Source of the DNA: Verrucomicrobiota bacterium
GTDB taxonomy: Bacteria; Verrucomicrobiota; Verrucomicrobiia; Opitutales; Coraliomargaritaceae
Length of the DNA stretch: 64,000 nt
Reading direction: 5' to 3'
Assembly (NCBI GenBank): GCA_036160955.1
Contig: JAYYDJ010000095.1
Coordinates: forward strand, 1,790-65,789
Below the pieces are notes generated by a model that was not told the DNA's origin, ran no database searches, and saw only the letters and a program-made list of their open reading frames with translations. How positions within the stretch are numbered: position 1 is the stretch's first letter; every line of letters begins with the position of its first letter. Position numbers and translations under genes: made by a program. This document shows positions 46,914 to 56,991 of this stretch, piece after piece.

Positions 46914-46930
46914 AAATATAAGTATATTAA

Positions 46931-47320
46931 TTATGTATTCGCGTCACGAAATATTTTTCTCAAAGATTCGTGTTGTTGTTTAGAGGCTTTAAATATTTTA
47001 TCATTTATCTGTGGAGTGCCATCTAGGATGTAAGCAGTTTTTAAACTATCATTCAATTTTATTATGCCTTTGAGTACTCCAGTTTGTTCTCCATTGGCAT
47101 CTCTTGAAACTAGGAATTCATTACTTAACTCATTTCCAAATTGTATTGTTGCAAGTCTTTCTTTGAGGTCAATATGCACTATACGAGAAGTTCTCTCGTA
47201 ATTTTGAGTTAGCGAAATATTTGTATCGGGTGAGTTAGGGTTACTTTTACTTACGTTACTACACCCAATTGCTATAAAACAAATAATAATAAGTAAGCAG
47301 TTATAGGTTCTTGTGTACAT
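46931..47320 (-). CDS. Small lipoprotein, unknown function
   Basis: It has a signal peptide with a lipobox (AIGC). Confidence 0.5.
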   Translation of the reverse strand: MYTRTYNCLLIIICFIAIGCSNVSKSNPNSPDTNISLTQNYERTSRIVHIDLKERLATIQFGNELSNEFLVSRDANGEQTGVLKGIIKLNDSLKTAYILDGTPQINDKIFKASKQQHESLRKIFRDANT

Positions 47321-47369
47321 ATGAAAGGTTTATATTTCTTTTTATTAATTATAACTGTTGAGCAGATGG

Positions 47370-49364
47370 TTAGCTTTTGCCCATCTCTCGCTTGAGAGCT
47401 TCCATTCCGGGCTTTTCAATATTAATGTCACCTTCGAAGAAACCGTGCAACTGACGTATGCGAGTGGGATGTCGCATCTTGCGTAGAGCTTTTGCTTCAA
47501 TTTGCCGAATACGCTCACGAGTAACTTTAAATTGGCGACCGACTTCTTCAAGTGTACGTGAGTACCCATCAGCTAATCCAAAACGCAAGGATAGAACTTT
47601 TTGCTCACGTTCAGTTAGGCTATCGAGAACGTCAGTGATTTTTTCACGCAATAGGCTATAAGCTGTCATATCGTATGGATTTTCAGCTCCTTTGTCTTCA
47701 ATGAAATCTCCAAAATTAGTATCGTCTGAATCTCCCACAGGACTCTGTAGTGAGATTGGCTGTTGTGCCATTTTCATAATCTGTTGCACGCGTTCAATAG
47801 GTAAATTCATTTCGTCAGCAACTTCTTCAGCGGTAGGCTCATGGCCTAACTCTTGGAGTAACTGTTTTTGAACCTGCATTACCTTGTTGAGAGTCTCGAT
47901 CATATGTACGGGAATACGTATCGTGCGTGCTTGATCTGCGATCGACCGAGTAATCGCCTGGCGAATCCACCATGTGGCGTAGGTAGAGAATTTGTATCCC
48001 CTACGATATTCAAATTTTTCAACTGCTTTCATTAAGCCCATATTACCTTCTTGAATTAGGTCGAGGAAGGAGAGTCCACGATTAGTATATTTTTTGGCTA
48101 TTGATATGACTAAGCGAAGATTAGCCTCAACCATTTCGGTTTTTGCTTTGTGCGCTTCACGTATACCGACTCTGACTTCACGTAAGATATCTAGTAGTTC
48201 TACCGCTTCAATTTTGAATTCTAATTTTATTTGATCAAAACGTTTGTTGATAGAAGCTAAATTAACTTTTTTGCGTCGGCGAGCAGATACTTTTTTAGCA
48301 ATTTCAATATCATCACTAAGATCCTTTAGCTCTCGGTAAATTGGATGTAGATCTTTTAGGAAGTCTTCGAATACTTTTAGTTTCAAGCAGTACTTTCGAA
48401 GCACTAGACGAAGTTCACCTTCGTACTTCTTCATACGCGTGCGTGCGCGCTTACGATTACTTTCATTTCCAGCTGCTACAGATTCAAGTTGGCTATCCCA
48501 AGCTGCATATATTCGCTCGCCTAGTTTGTGTGCTTGTTCAAGAAGTTTTGGTAGACTGTTAAAGTAAGTCTCTCGACTCTCAATTTTTTTATCCAAAACT
48601 ACGCGGTCAAAGCGTTCTTCACGGTTGAGTAGCTTCTGGATAATATTATTTTGAAACTCTAGAGTTAGTGTTGTTGAAAACAGTGCGTCTTGGGCACGCA
48701 ATTCAGCTTTTTCTATGCGCTTTGATATCGCTACCTCTTCTTCTCGGGTCAAAAGTGGGACTTGTCCCATTTGCTTGAGATACATTCGAACTGGATCATC
48801 AAGAATGTCGTTTTGAGAGGTACGAACTTCTTTCTCCTCTGTCTCCTCTTGGCGTGCCTTAAAAGCTTCTACTTCACTGTCATCGAGAATTTCTACTTCG
48901 AGGTTTTGTAAAATAGAAATAACATTTTCAATCTCATCAGGGCTATTGATACTTTCAGGAAGAGCTTTATTTATGTCTTTATAGGTTAAAAATCCTTGCT
49001 CTTTTGATAGGCGAATGAGAACTCGAATTCTTTCATTTAGCTTTTCCTGAGCCTTCGGAGAGAGGCGACGCTTTTTCGGGGCTATTGCACCAGCTATTTG
49101 TGCTTCAATTTTAGCTTCATTTGAATGTCTGCTGCTAGATTTTAAAATTTTCTTAGAATCCACTATTTTTTTTGAGCGCGTATTATTAGTAACAGATGAC
49201 TTTTTACTAGTCTCAACAGCTACTTTTTTCTTTGCAGTTTTTTTAGTAACTGGCTTTTTAGCAGCATCCTTCTTACTACTAACTTTTTTCGCGACAGCCT
49301 TCTTTATTGTGGGATTGTTTTTAGTCGCAGTCTTTTTAGTAGTCTTTTTCTTTACAGCAGGCAT
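47370..49364 (-). CDS. rpoD: Primary sigma factor RpoD with a lysine-rich N-terminal extension
   Basis: Regions 1.2 to 4 are conserved ([77 protein letters not shown]). The first 90 aa or so are K/A/T-rich ([11 protein letters not shown]...[13 protein letters not shown]). Confidence 0.95.
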   Translation of the reverse strand: MPAVKKKTTKKTATKNNPTIKKAVAKKVSSKKDAAKKPVTKKTAKKKVAVETSKKSSVTNNTRSKKIVDSKKILKSSSRHSNEAKIEAQIAGAIAPKKRRLSPKAQEKLNERIRVLIRLSKEQGFLTYKDINKALPESINSPDEIENVISILQNLEVEILDDSEVEAFKARQEETEEKEVRTSQNDILDDPVRMYLKQMGQVPLLTREEEVAISKRIEKAELRAQDALFSTTLTLEFQNNIIQKLLNREERFDRVVLDKKIESRETYFNSLPKLLEQAHKLGERIYAAWDSQLESVAAGNESNRKRARTRMKKYEGELRLVLRKYCLKLKVFEDFLKDLHPIYRELKDLSDDIEIAKKVSARRRKKVNLASINKRFDQIKLEFKIEAVELLDILREVRVGIREAHKAKTEMVEANLRLVISIAKKYTNRGLSFLDLIQEGNMGLMKAVEKFEYRRGYKFSTYATWWIRQAITRSIADQARTIRIPVHMIETLNKVMQVQKQLLQELGHEPTAEEVADEMNLPIERVQQIMKMAQQPISLQSPVGDSDDTNFGDFIEDKGAENPYDMTAYSLLREKITDVLDSLTEREQKVLSLRFGLADGYSRTLEEVGRQFKVTRERIRQIEAKALRKMRHPTRIRQLHGFFEGDINIEKPGMEALKREMGKS

Positions 49365-49388
49365 AACAGTTTAAGAGTCTTGGTATAT

Positions 49389-51221
49389 TTACAATTCGAT
49401 ATTAATAGGTTGGGCGATTTTAGTGCGTAAATTCTTAACTTTCTGCATAAGTTCAATTTCTTTTCCCTCAGAGTCCGCGTTGGTAATTTTTTGTTCCAGA
49501 GAGTTTTTTTTGTTAACTAAATGATTGCGATAAAGTGTTTTCAGGCAGGCTATTATTTGCTCCTTAGGTGTTTCGACTTCTAAATCTCGCATATTAATAT
49601 CAGCTAAAATTTGGCGGTCTTGAGTACTTACCATTAGTTGTTCCATACTTTTAGTATCTGTTACAAGTCCCTCACGAAACTCAGCAAGAATGCGGACTAA
49701 CAAAGCGCCTGTCTGAGAATTCGTATTAATCCATTCGTAATTAATAATTTGAGAAACATTTAAACCATATTCGGGAAAATGGAAAATTAGCCAAAGTAGC
49801 TCCCAAGTGGCTTGTGTCAATAGCGCGTCTTTAGTACTACTATTGTGTGATGGAGCATTATCTTGTGATCTTTTCTGCGTACTATTCTTCCTGCTGAGCT
49901 TGTAATCTCGCAGGGCAGCAAGAGGGTCTACTTTTAAGCGTCTGGCGGCCGCTTGGATATAATCTTCCCGTGCGACTTCTGAATTCACGTATTGAAGAAG
50001 GTCGAATACATTACGCAGAGCCGTTGTTTTTTCATGTGTGGATGGTTTTCGATCTTTAGGTAGATATTCCGCTATGGCTAATTCTATTCCATCACAAGCT
50101 TCTGTGCGAAGAGCATGTAGCGCATCAGCACCATGCTTGCGAAGTAGATTATCTGGATCCGCATTTTCTGGCAGTAGTAAAAATCTGAAGTCGAGGCCAG
50201 CTTTTAGCGCAATAGGTACATAGCGCAGTGCCGCTTTATGTCCTGCAGAATCTCCGTCGAGGAGACATTCGACTTGTTTCGGGTCGTATCGACGCATTAG
50301 CGTAACTTGTTCGTCAGTTAGTGCAGTTCCCTGCGGAGCGACTGCAGTATGTAGACCAACCGTCCAACATCGGATAGCATCCAGTTGTCCTTCAACTAAT
50401 ATAAAGTGATCATTGTGATCTTTTAAGTGAGTACGAGCATGATCCAGACCAAATAGTATTCGGCCTTTGTGAAAAATGGGTGTTTCTGGTGAGTTTATAT
50501 ACTTTGCATCTCTCGCAGGGTCGTTTTGAGGGGTTTGCTCTAACTTGCGAGCAGTGAAGGCAACAACGCGCCCTTGAACATCTCTTATGGGAATGATTAA
50601 TCGACCTCTAAAACGAGATTTGAAGCGCCTATGATCTCTTTCATTTTCATATGCAAAGAACAATCCAGAACGATGCATAGCAGCAAGCGAAATTTCACGC
50701 TCTTTACACAGTAGTGCAAAGGAATCAATGGCAGTCGGCGCATAGCCTATTTTAAATTCAGTGGCATTTTCTAAGCTAAAGCCTCTTTTTTCTGTCCAAT
50801 AGGTACGAACAGGAGTAGCCTCCTTACTTTTTAAAAATTGGTTGTGGAACCAGTTAGTTGCTAGATCATGTAGTTCAAAGAGTTGTTTTCGCAATGAAAC
50901 ATCTTCACGTGAGGGTCCTCCTGCTTCGTACTCTAAGCTGTGATTAAATTTCTTAGCAATAAATTCAACCGCTTCTATAAATTCTAAATTTTCTACCTTC
51001 ATTATGAAAGTGAACAAATCGCCGCCTTCACCAGTACTAAAGCATTTGTAAAAACCTCGATCTGGGTGTACATAAAAGGATGGTGTGTTTTCTTGTGTAA
51101 ATGGACTTAAACCCTTCCAAGATCCACCTGCTCGCTTAAGTTGCACGTAAGGGGATACCACATCCACCAAGTCTACTTGGTGTTTCATTGTTTCGATAGA
51201 GCTATTCGCAACGCGGGGCAC
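49389..51221 (-). CDS. dnaG: DNA primase
   Basis: A degenerate zinc-finger region (PFTQENTPSFYV....FYKCFSTGEGGD) is followed by a TOPRIM domain (ILVEGQLD, LLDGDSAG). Confidence 0.92.
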   Translation of the reverse strand: MPRVANSSIETMKHQVDLVDVVSPYVQLKRAGGSWKGLSPFTQENTPSFYVHPDRGFYKCFSTGEGGDLFTFIMKVENLEFIEAVEFIAKKFNHSLEYEAGGPSREDVSLRKQLFELHDLATNWFHNQFLKSKEATPVRTYWTEKRGFSLENATEFKIGYAPTAIDSFALLCKEREISLAAMHRSGLFFAYENERDHRRFKSRFRGRLIIPIRDVQGRVVAFTARKLEQTPQNDPARDAKYINSPETPIFHKGRILFGLDHARTHLKDHNDHFILVEGQLDAIRCWTVGLHTAVAPQGTALTDEQVTLMRRYDPKQVECLLDGDSAGHKAALRYVPIALKAGLDFRFLLLPENADPDNLLRKHGADALHALRTEACDGIELAIAEYLPKDRKPSTHEKTTALRNVFDLLQYVNSEVAREDYIQAAARRLKVDPLAALRDYKLSRKNSTQKRSQDNAPSHNSSTKDALLTQATWELLWLIFHFPEYGLNVSQIINYEWINTNSQTGALLVRILAEFREGLVTDTKSMEQLMVSTQDRQILADINMRDLEVETPKEQIIACLKTLYRNHLVNKKNSLEQKITNADSEGKEIELMQKVKNLRTKIAQPINIEL

Positions 51222-51259
51222 TTCTTTAGGATGAGCTGATAATTTATATTAAGTGTGAG

Positions 51260-52750
51260 TTATCGAAAACGCTCTAATGCAGCGTCGGCCTCAGCGCGGA
51301 GTGGGTGATTTGGAGAAATTTCAAGGAATCTGCTGTACATGAACCCTGCAGCAGTGGTATTATTAATTACTTTATCATATACTCGTGCAAGAGAGAGAGC
51401 AATATCTGCATTTTTAGGAAAGCGGTCATACGCAGTTTCCAGTTCAGCTAGGAATTGCCCAGATGGCTTGTTGCGTTGGGCAATCCGAAGATAATTAATT
51501 GTGTATTTAATTTCGCTCGGTGAGAGACGAATAGCTTCTAGAGCAGTTGTCTCGGCATTTGCTAGTTGTTTATCTAATAAGTAAACTTGAGAGAGTTCAT
51601 CCCAAATTTCTGGATTATTGTTTGCTTGTCCTAATGCCTGCCAATATAAGCGGATGGATTTATTGTAATTTAGGTCGTACTGGGCACTTCTGGCATTTGA
51701 AATTAGTTTTTCGAAGTTTGGCTCATGTGGGGTAAATTCTATATTTGCTTCCTCTGTAATCTGTTTCTCTGTAGTTACGTTATTAATAGCAGGCTGGGTG
51801 GCAATTTTTTGCATTTTCTCAAAATCTTCTATTCCATCAGATTTTATGCTTCTGTTAGCCTGATTTAAATCTTTCGCGGTTGATTTTCCTGCTTTAAGTG
51901 GTGAATTTTCTACATTTGCTAATGCTTTTTTTCGAGCCTCATTGGCTTTATCTAAATTAGCTTTAGAAATATCAATTTCTTCTTTCCAACGCTGTAATTC
52001 CTTACGTGCCTTAGTCCAATTGCTGGCATCTAAAGCGCCTGGAAAGCGTTCATCTAGTTGCAAGATAACTTCTTCTGCTTGTGCCAAGTTATTATTACTC
52101 AATTTTATTTCAAGAAGTCCAAACAATGCATCTAGTGCATCTATATTTTCGCTGTTTGTGGCATTAATAAACCAGTACTCTGCCCGGGAAGGGTTATCGA
52201 GCAACAAGAACAATCGACCAAGAGCTGCCGCAGTACTTGAATCTGTTAGGTTAACTTTTTCTGGAACACTTTTAAGGTATGCTTCGAGAGCCGGTTGGAG
52301 TTGTTTTTCTGCCATCCTATGTTGAGCAAGTTGTGTCCATAGCTCCGATGATAACGCGCTAGAATCTAAATCAGCTAATTTTTCTAATAAATGTCCAGCC
52401 GCCTCATTTGCATTTAGTAAAGTTTTAATTGTTTTTATTAGTAGATCAACGTCTTGTGGGGATTGTTCGTGTGCCTGCTCAAAAAATAAAGCGGCCATAG
52501 TAGCATCATCTTTGCGTAAATAGACCTGTCCAATTTGCTCCAAAATTTCTACATCTTGGGGTGCTTGCACGCGAAGGTTTTCGAGTTTTACCAGTGCCCC
52601 ATCATAGTCGCCATTTTCTTTTAATTCTAAAGCAAATAGCAGATTTTTTTTTCTAGTAGCTTCAGGATCCGAACAACCTATTAGCCAAGCTAAGCTAATA
52701 ATTAACAGGGAAATAAGAGTGCTGGTTTGATTGGCTTTGGGCATATTCAT
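51260..52750 (-). CDS. TPR-repeat lipoprotein
   Basis: It has a lipobox (LIGC) and multiple TPR-like repeats. It is co-oriented upstream of dnaG-rpoD. Confidence 0.6.
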   Translation of the reverse strand: MNMPKANQTSTLISLLIISLAWLIGCSDPEATRKKNLLFALELKENGDYDGALVKLENLRVQAPQDVEILEQIGQVYLRKDDATMAALFFEQAHEQSPQDVDLLIKTIKTLLNANEAAGHLLEKLADLDSSALSSELWTQLAQHRMAEKQLQPALEAYLKSVPEKVNLTDSSTAAALGRLFLLLDNPSRAEYWFINATNSENIDALDALFGLLEIKLSNNNLAQAEEVILQLDERFPGALDASNWTKARKELQRWKEEIDISKANLDKANEARKKALANVENSPLKAGKSTAKDLNQANRSIKSDGIEDFEKMQKIATQPAINNVTTEKQITEEANIEFTPHEPNFEKLISNARSAQYDLNYNKSIRLYWQALGQANNNPEIWDELSQVYLLDKQLANAETTALEAIRLSPSEIKYTINYLRIAQRNKPSGQFLAELETAYDRFPKNADIALSLARVYDKVINNTTAAGFMYSRFLEISPNHPLRAEADAALERFR

Positions 52751-52775
52751 TATATGAATGCAGCGCTAGTGTTAT

Positions 52776-53897
52776 TTGCAGTTTACGAATGCATTACAAT
52801 GTTCACTGTTGATGCCGATGTTTATGTGTCAAGTGGATAGGCGGTTTGTAGTGCTCGTTAGAGTATTCTTATTGATTAGCTGGTTTTGCTTACTGACTAT
52901 TCCTTTCAAACTAGTTGCAAATAGTGAGGAAATCCCACCAATGGGGCCACTTGGTCTAGTTTGGGAGACTCAGCTAAGTGTGAATGGTGGATATATGAAA
53001 GAAGTGGAAGCACTTCTAGCTGCTTATGAAGCGGCTGTAGAAAAAAAAATAAATCCAATTTCGCGTAATAAGGTTGGTCTTAAGGTCAATACCCGCGGCG
53101 GCAGAGGACTATCGACTCAATTAAACCTATTACGTAGTGTTATCGCGGCGCTAGTCAAGAGAGGGTTTACTCGCGAAAATATATTAATTGTTGATTTTTC
53201 AGAACATAAACTACGACAGGCAGGAATTTTGCCTTTGCTAGGTGATTCAGGAGCTCAATTTGATGGTTGTCCAGTGCTGGCTTTAGACAGCGGAAAATAT
53301 TTTGATGTAGACTGGTTTTATGATAGCCCATTACCGCCTGTAATGGAGCGAAAATCACAATTTTTCGATTATTCAAAAGTTCCAAGCCCGAGAAAAATTA
53401 GTTTGGAAAAGCGTAAGAGCTATTTACCTATGCCGTTATTATTTGATGTAGATTTCTGGTTAAATATTGCTACTGGAGTCGATGATCCAGCGCTTGGTGT
53501 TGATGGCGCACTTGCCAATGCTACATTATGGAATGTGAGCAACAGTCAGCGTTTTTTAGTAAACCAAGCGACTGCATCTGCGGCTGTAGCTGAAATAGCT
53601 GCGATTCCTGAATTGCGCGAACGCATGATTTTACATATCATGTCTATGGAATGTTATCAGTTTATTGCAGGACCGTTTTTTAATTCTATTTATACTCGCA
53701 ATGAGCAATGCCTTCGTTTGAGCAGTGATCCGATAGCTTTGGATCGATTACTATTCGATCGTATCAATGAATTAAGGCTTTGGGAAGGCTTTCCTCAAAT
53801 TGATACATTGCCAAGGCAGTTCCCTTTTGCTGCAAGTTTAGGCATGGGAATATTTGAGCGATCAGCAATTCGGGTTCATGTAATTCAATCACCATAA
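52776..53897 (+). CDS. DUF362-like protein
   Basis: The segment KVGLKVNTRGGRGLSTQLNLLRSVIAALVKRGFTRENILIVD matches the N-terminal pattern of DUF362 proteins. The ORF-track start is TTG, and a Met at about 52812 is more likely. Confidence 0.45.
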   Translation: MQFTNALQCSLLMPMFMCQVDRRFVVLVRVFLLISWFCLLTIPFKLVANSEEIPPMGPLGLVWETQLSVNGGYMKEVEALLAAYEAAVEKKINPISRNKVGLKVNTRGGRGLSTQLNLLRSVIAALVKRGFTRENILIVDFSEHKLRQAGILPLLGDSGAQFDGCPVLALDSGKYFDVDWFYDSPLPPVMERKSQFFDYSKVPSPRKISLEKRKSYLPMPLLFDVDFWLNIATGVDDPALGVDGALANATLWNVSNSQRFLVNQATASAAVAEIAAIPELRERMILHIMSMECYQFIAGPFFNSIYTRNEQCLRLSSDPIALDRLLFDRINELRLWEGFPQIDTLPRQFPFAASLGMGIFERSAIRVHVIQSP

Positions 53898-53913
53898 ACC
53901 CCTCATTGATGAA

Positions 53914-54348
53914 TTGAATTTAATTGAGACGAATGCACTTGAAATAAAGCTAAAATATCGTGTCATGTTTTTTATGAGTGTTGCTGATTATTATCCTATT
54001 TTAATTCAATTTTGTTTGGCAATGAGCGTTGGTATTTTGGTGCTTGCTGTATCCCATATTTTTGGTCAACGCGGTACAGCTTCTGACATAAAAAATTCCC
54101 CCTATGAATGTGGTATGCTTGCTGCGGGATCGAGTCATGCGCGTTTTGCTGTAAAATTTTATGTGACTGCTATGTTGTTTATACTTTTTGATATTGAAGT
54201 AGTATTTTTGATACCATGGGTATTAGTCTTCCGCGAATTTCTTGCTGCACAATTACCCATATTAATGCCTATCTTCTTTTTTCTATTTGTGCTTATTATA
54301 GGTTTTATCTATGAAATTAAAAAAGGTGCGATAGAGTGGGAGAAGTAG
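53914..54348 (+). CDS. nuoA: NADH:quinone oxidoreductase subunit A
   Basis: Shows NSPYECGM, FDIEVVFLIPW and three TM segments. The real start is probably an internal Met (MFFMSV...). Confidence 0.8.
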   Translation: MNLIETNALEIKLKYRVMFFMSVADYYPILIQFCLAMSVGILVLAVSHIFGQRGTASDIKNSPYECGMLAAGSSHARFAVKFYVTAMLFILFDIEVVFLIPWVLVFREFLAAQLPILMPIFFFLFVLIIGFIYEIKKGAIEWEK

Positions 54349-54480
54349 GTTTTCATGTGGTCCAGTTGCTATGTGTACTTATGTTGGCTATCTCAAGCGT
54401 ATTAAATTTTAGTTATTCTACAAATGAACTCTAGTCTTTAGTATACTCTCTAATTTTACACTTATAGATTAAATTTCTTT

Positions 54481-55836
54481 ATGCGTATCGACCGTTATAT
54501 CGCTAAAAATCGAGTCATTGATTTAAAAAGCACTAATTTTAAGAGCGATTTATCGGAATTTTTGGTTGTTTGTGACTTAAGTAGTGAAAGGTCGCTTAAT
54601 AAAAAACGTCTACACTCAGAACTTATTTTTCGAGAGAAGCAAATGACTACTTATTTAGGCAATGGAGTTTGCTTGCCTCACGCACGTGTCAAAATGCAAC
54701 GCAGTTATATGATTGCGGTAGGACGCTGTCCGAATGGATTAGAGTATGATGGCCAAGAAGAGTACAATAATATCCGCTATGTTTTTCTACTTTTAGCAGC
54801 TAATAATGCTAGAAATTATCTTTATAGTTTAGCCTCTCTTGCTAGAGTATTCCAGAATGTTTCTCAGATGCAGCGGCTAGAACTCTCTGGATCACTAAAA
54901 GAGTTTCGGGACACACTTAAAACTGTATTTGGGGGCGAGGGAGGACAGCTTCCTCATCGCCATAATCGATTTAATAATTTAATTCTTAAAGAGGCAGCTA
55001 AAATTGCTCAAGGCTCAAATTGTACTTCTGTCTTGATATTTGGAGATACATTTGGAGGTGGTATTGAATTAGGGAATACTTTTAAGAATTTCAAGACAGT
55101 TCTCATTGCACAAGGTACATCTGATGGCTTAATTGGGCGCAATAATATTGCGGCAACACTACCACTCAGGGCATTTAGTAATAATCGATTTTCTCAACTC
55201 CGTAGCGCAGTGCTTATTGGTCTGACGCGAGGTATCTTTTCAAGCAAAGATCGCATTTGTTGCGTCGGTGGTTTGCCTCAAAGTAATCAGTTCGATAGCA
55301 TCACAGTTGTTGATGTAGAACGCGAATTTCATACTATGTTATTTCGTAAATCAGAGATGCTTCCATCTGCAGTGGAACCAGAAGTGATCGAGCGTGTTTT
55401 AGCAATTGCTACCGAACTTGCTGTTGAGGGTAGGGAAGGTCGTCCTATTGGCTGTCTTTTTGTGCTTGGTGATGCCGAACTTATTTCTAAATACACCAAG
55501 CCACTGATATTAAATCCTTTTCATGGATACAAGGACGAGGATCGAAATATTTTGAATCCATTTATGGATGAGACGGTTAAAGAGCTATCATCTATTGACG
55601 GAGCTTTCATCATTCGTGGAGATGGTGCCTTAGTGTCGGCAGGATCATTGATCCACGCGCCGGATTATAATCATGATCTTCCGAGTGGTTTGGGCAGTCG
55701 TCATGCTGCTGCTGCTGCTATTACTCAAGCAGTTGATTGTTTATGCATTGTTGTATCTGGAAGTTCTAGTCAGGTGACTTTATTTCGTCAGGGAGAAATG
55801 CTGCCACTGATTGAGAAAACGTTATTAAAAAAATAA
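54481..55836 (+). CDS. Multidomain protein: PtsN-type PTS EIIA domain + PK_C-like middle domain + DisA_N/diadenylate cyclase domain
   Basis: The N-terminus is colinear with E. coli PtsN (REKQMTTYLGNGVCLPHARV, with the His retained, and IRYVFLLLAANN). The C-terminus carries the DAC hallmarks IDGAFIIRGDG (D373) and GLGSRHAAAAAIT (R407-H408). Confidence 0.7.
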   Translation: MRIDRYIAKNRVIDLKSTNFKSDLSEFLVVCDLSSERSLNKKRLHSELIFREKQMTTYLGNGVCLPHARVKMQRSYMIAVGRCPNGLEYDGQEEYNNIRYVFLLLAANNARNYLYSLASLARVFQNVSQMQRLELSGSLKEFRDTLKTVFGGEGGQLPHRHNRFNNLILKEAAKIAQGSNCTSVLIFGDTFGGGIELGNTFKNFKTVLIAQGTSDGLIGRNNIAATLPLRAFSNNRFSQLRSAVLIGLTRGIFSSKDRICCVGGLPQSNQFDSITVVDVEREFHTMLFRKSEMLPSAVEPEVIERVLAIATELAVEGREGRPIGCLFVLGDAELISKYTKPLILNPFHGYKDEDRNILNPFMDETVKELSSIDGAFIIRGDGALVSAGSLIHAPDYNHDLPSGLGSRHAAAAAITQAVDCLCIVVSGSSSQVTLFRQGEMLPLIEKTLLKK

Positions 55837-56976
55837 TTATATTTCACGAGAGCCTTTGTAAATGCGGGTAACTCGCTTGGTAATAGAGCATAATGATTCC
55901 CAAGCATGACTGCCTGCAGATTGACTAAATTCATTAAGACTAATAGACTGTGCTAGGTTTTTTCCAATAATGATGGCAACGTCACCTGCAGTTACTTCTC
56001 GTATATCGGTGACATCCACGATTGTTTGGTCCATAGTAACACGTCCAATAATAGGGCAGCGTTTTCCGCGAATAAGTACCGCTCCTTTGTTGCTTAGCGA
56101 AAGCGGGATACCATCCCCATAGCCAGCGGTGAGTACTGCGATACGCGAGTCTCGCTTGAGTTGATAAGTACGACCATAACTAATATCGGTTTGTCTGGGT
56201 AATTCTTTTATCAGTCCAACTCGTGCGTAGAAGCTAAGTACTGGTTCTACGTGCACATGACCTAGGGCAGACTTTGGATAAGGTAGTACTCCGAACTGCA
56301 GAAGTCCGACTCGGACTGCGTTAAATGGGTTCGTTTCATTAAGCGATTGTAGACTTGAGGAATTATCTGCGTGAATGAATAGTCCTCTCATTGGCACTGA
56401 CTTTAAAACTTTAATCAGTCGATCACGCTGTAAATTAGTAAACTGAGCATCACAATCAGCACTTGAGAAATGAGTGTAAATTCCCTGGAGATTTAAGTGG
56501 GGTAGAGATTGTATAGTTTGCAGCAATTGTATCGCTTGCGTATGCCATACTCCCAAGCGACCCATGCCTGTATCGACTTTTAAGTGTACTTTGAGCTGTG
56601 ATTGATTCGCTTCGGATAGCTCGTTTAACCATCTTGCTTCATCCGATGTACTGATAGTCGCTGTTAGGTCATTTTCAATTAATTGAATAGCCTCTTCAGG
56701 AAGAACAGGGCTTAGAATTAATATTGGCCATCCGGTACCCATATGGCGAATATCCGAAGCTTCTTTGACATTAGCTACTGCAAAAGCATCGACTCCGCTT
56801 TGCATGAGTCGGCTAACTATTTGTGGCATTCCATGGCCATAGGCATCTGCTTTGACTACAGCTAGATAGCGCATCTTTTTTGGCATTGCAGCTTGAATAC
56901 CTTTAATATTTCTTTCAAAAGCGGCTAAATTAATTTCAGCCCAGCAACGCAGCTGCTTTTGGTGGTCTCTCATCAT
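55837..56976 (-). CDS. alr: Alanine racemase
   Basis: Shows [10 protein letters not shown] (PLP Lys) and ...GRVTMDQ... motifs. Confidence 0.9.
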   Translation of the reverse strand: MMRDHQKQLRCWAEINLAAFERNIKGIQAAMPKKMRYLAVVKADAYGHGMPQIVSRLMQSGVDAFAVANVKEASDIRHMGTGWPILILSPVLPEEAIQLIENDLTATISTSDEARWLNELSEANQSQLKVHLKVDTGMGRLGVWHTQAIQLLQTIQSLPHLNLQGIYTHFSSADCDAQFTNLQRDRLIKVLKSVPMRGLFIHADNSSSLQSLNETNPFNAVRVGLLQFGVLPYPKSALGHVHVEPVLSFYARVGLIKELPRQTDISYGRTYQLKRDSRIAVLTAGYGDGIPLSLSNKGAVLIRGKRCPIIGRVTMDQTIVDVTDIREVTAGDVAIIIGKNLAQSISLNEFSQSAGSHAWESLCSITKRVTRIYKGSREI

Positions 56977-56991
56977 TACTGAAAATTGAAT

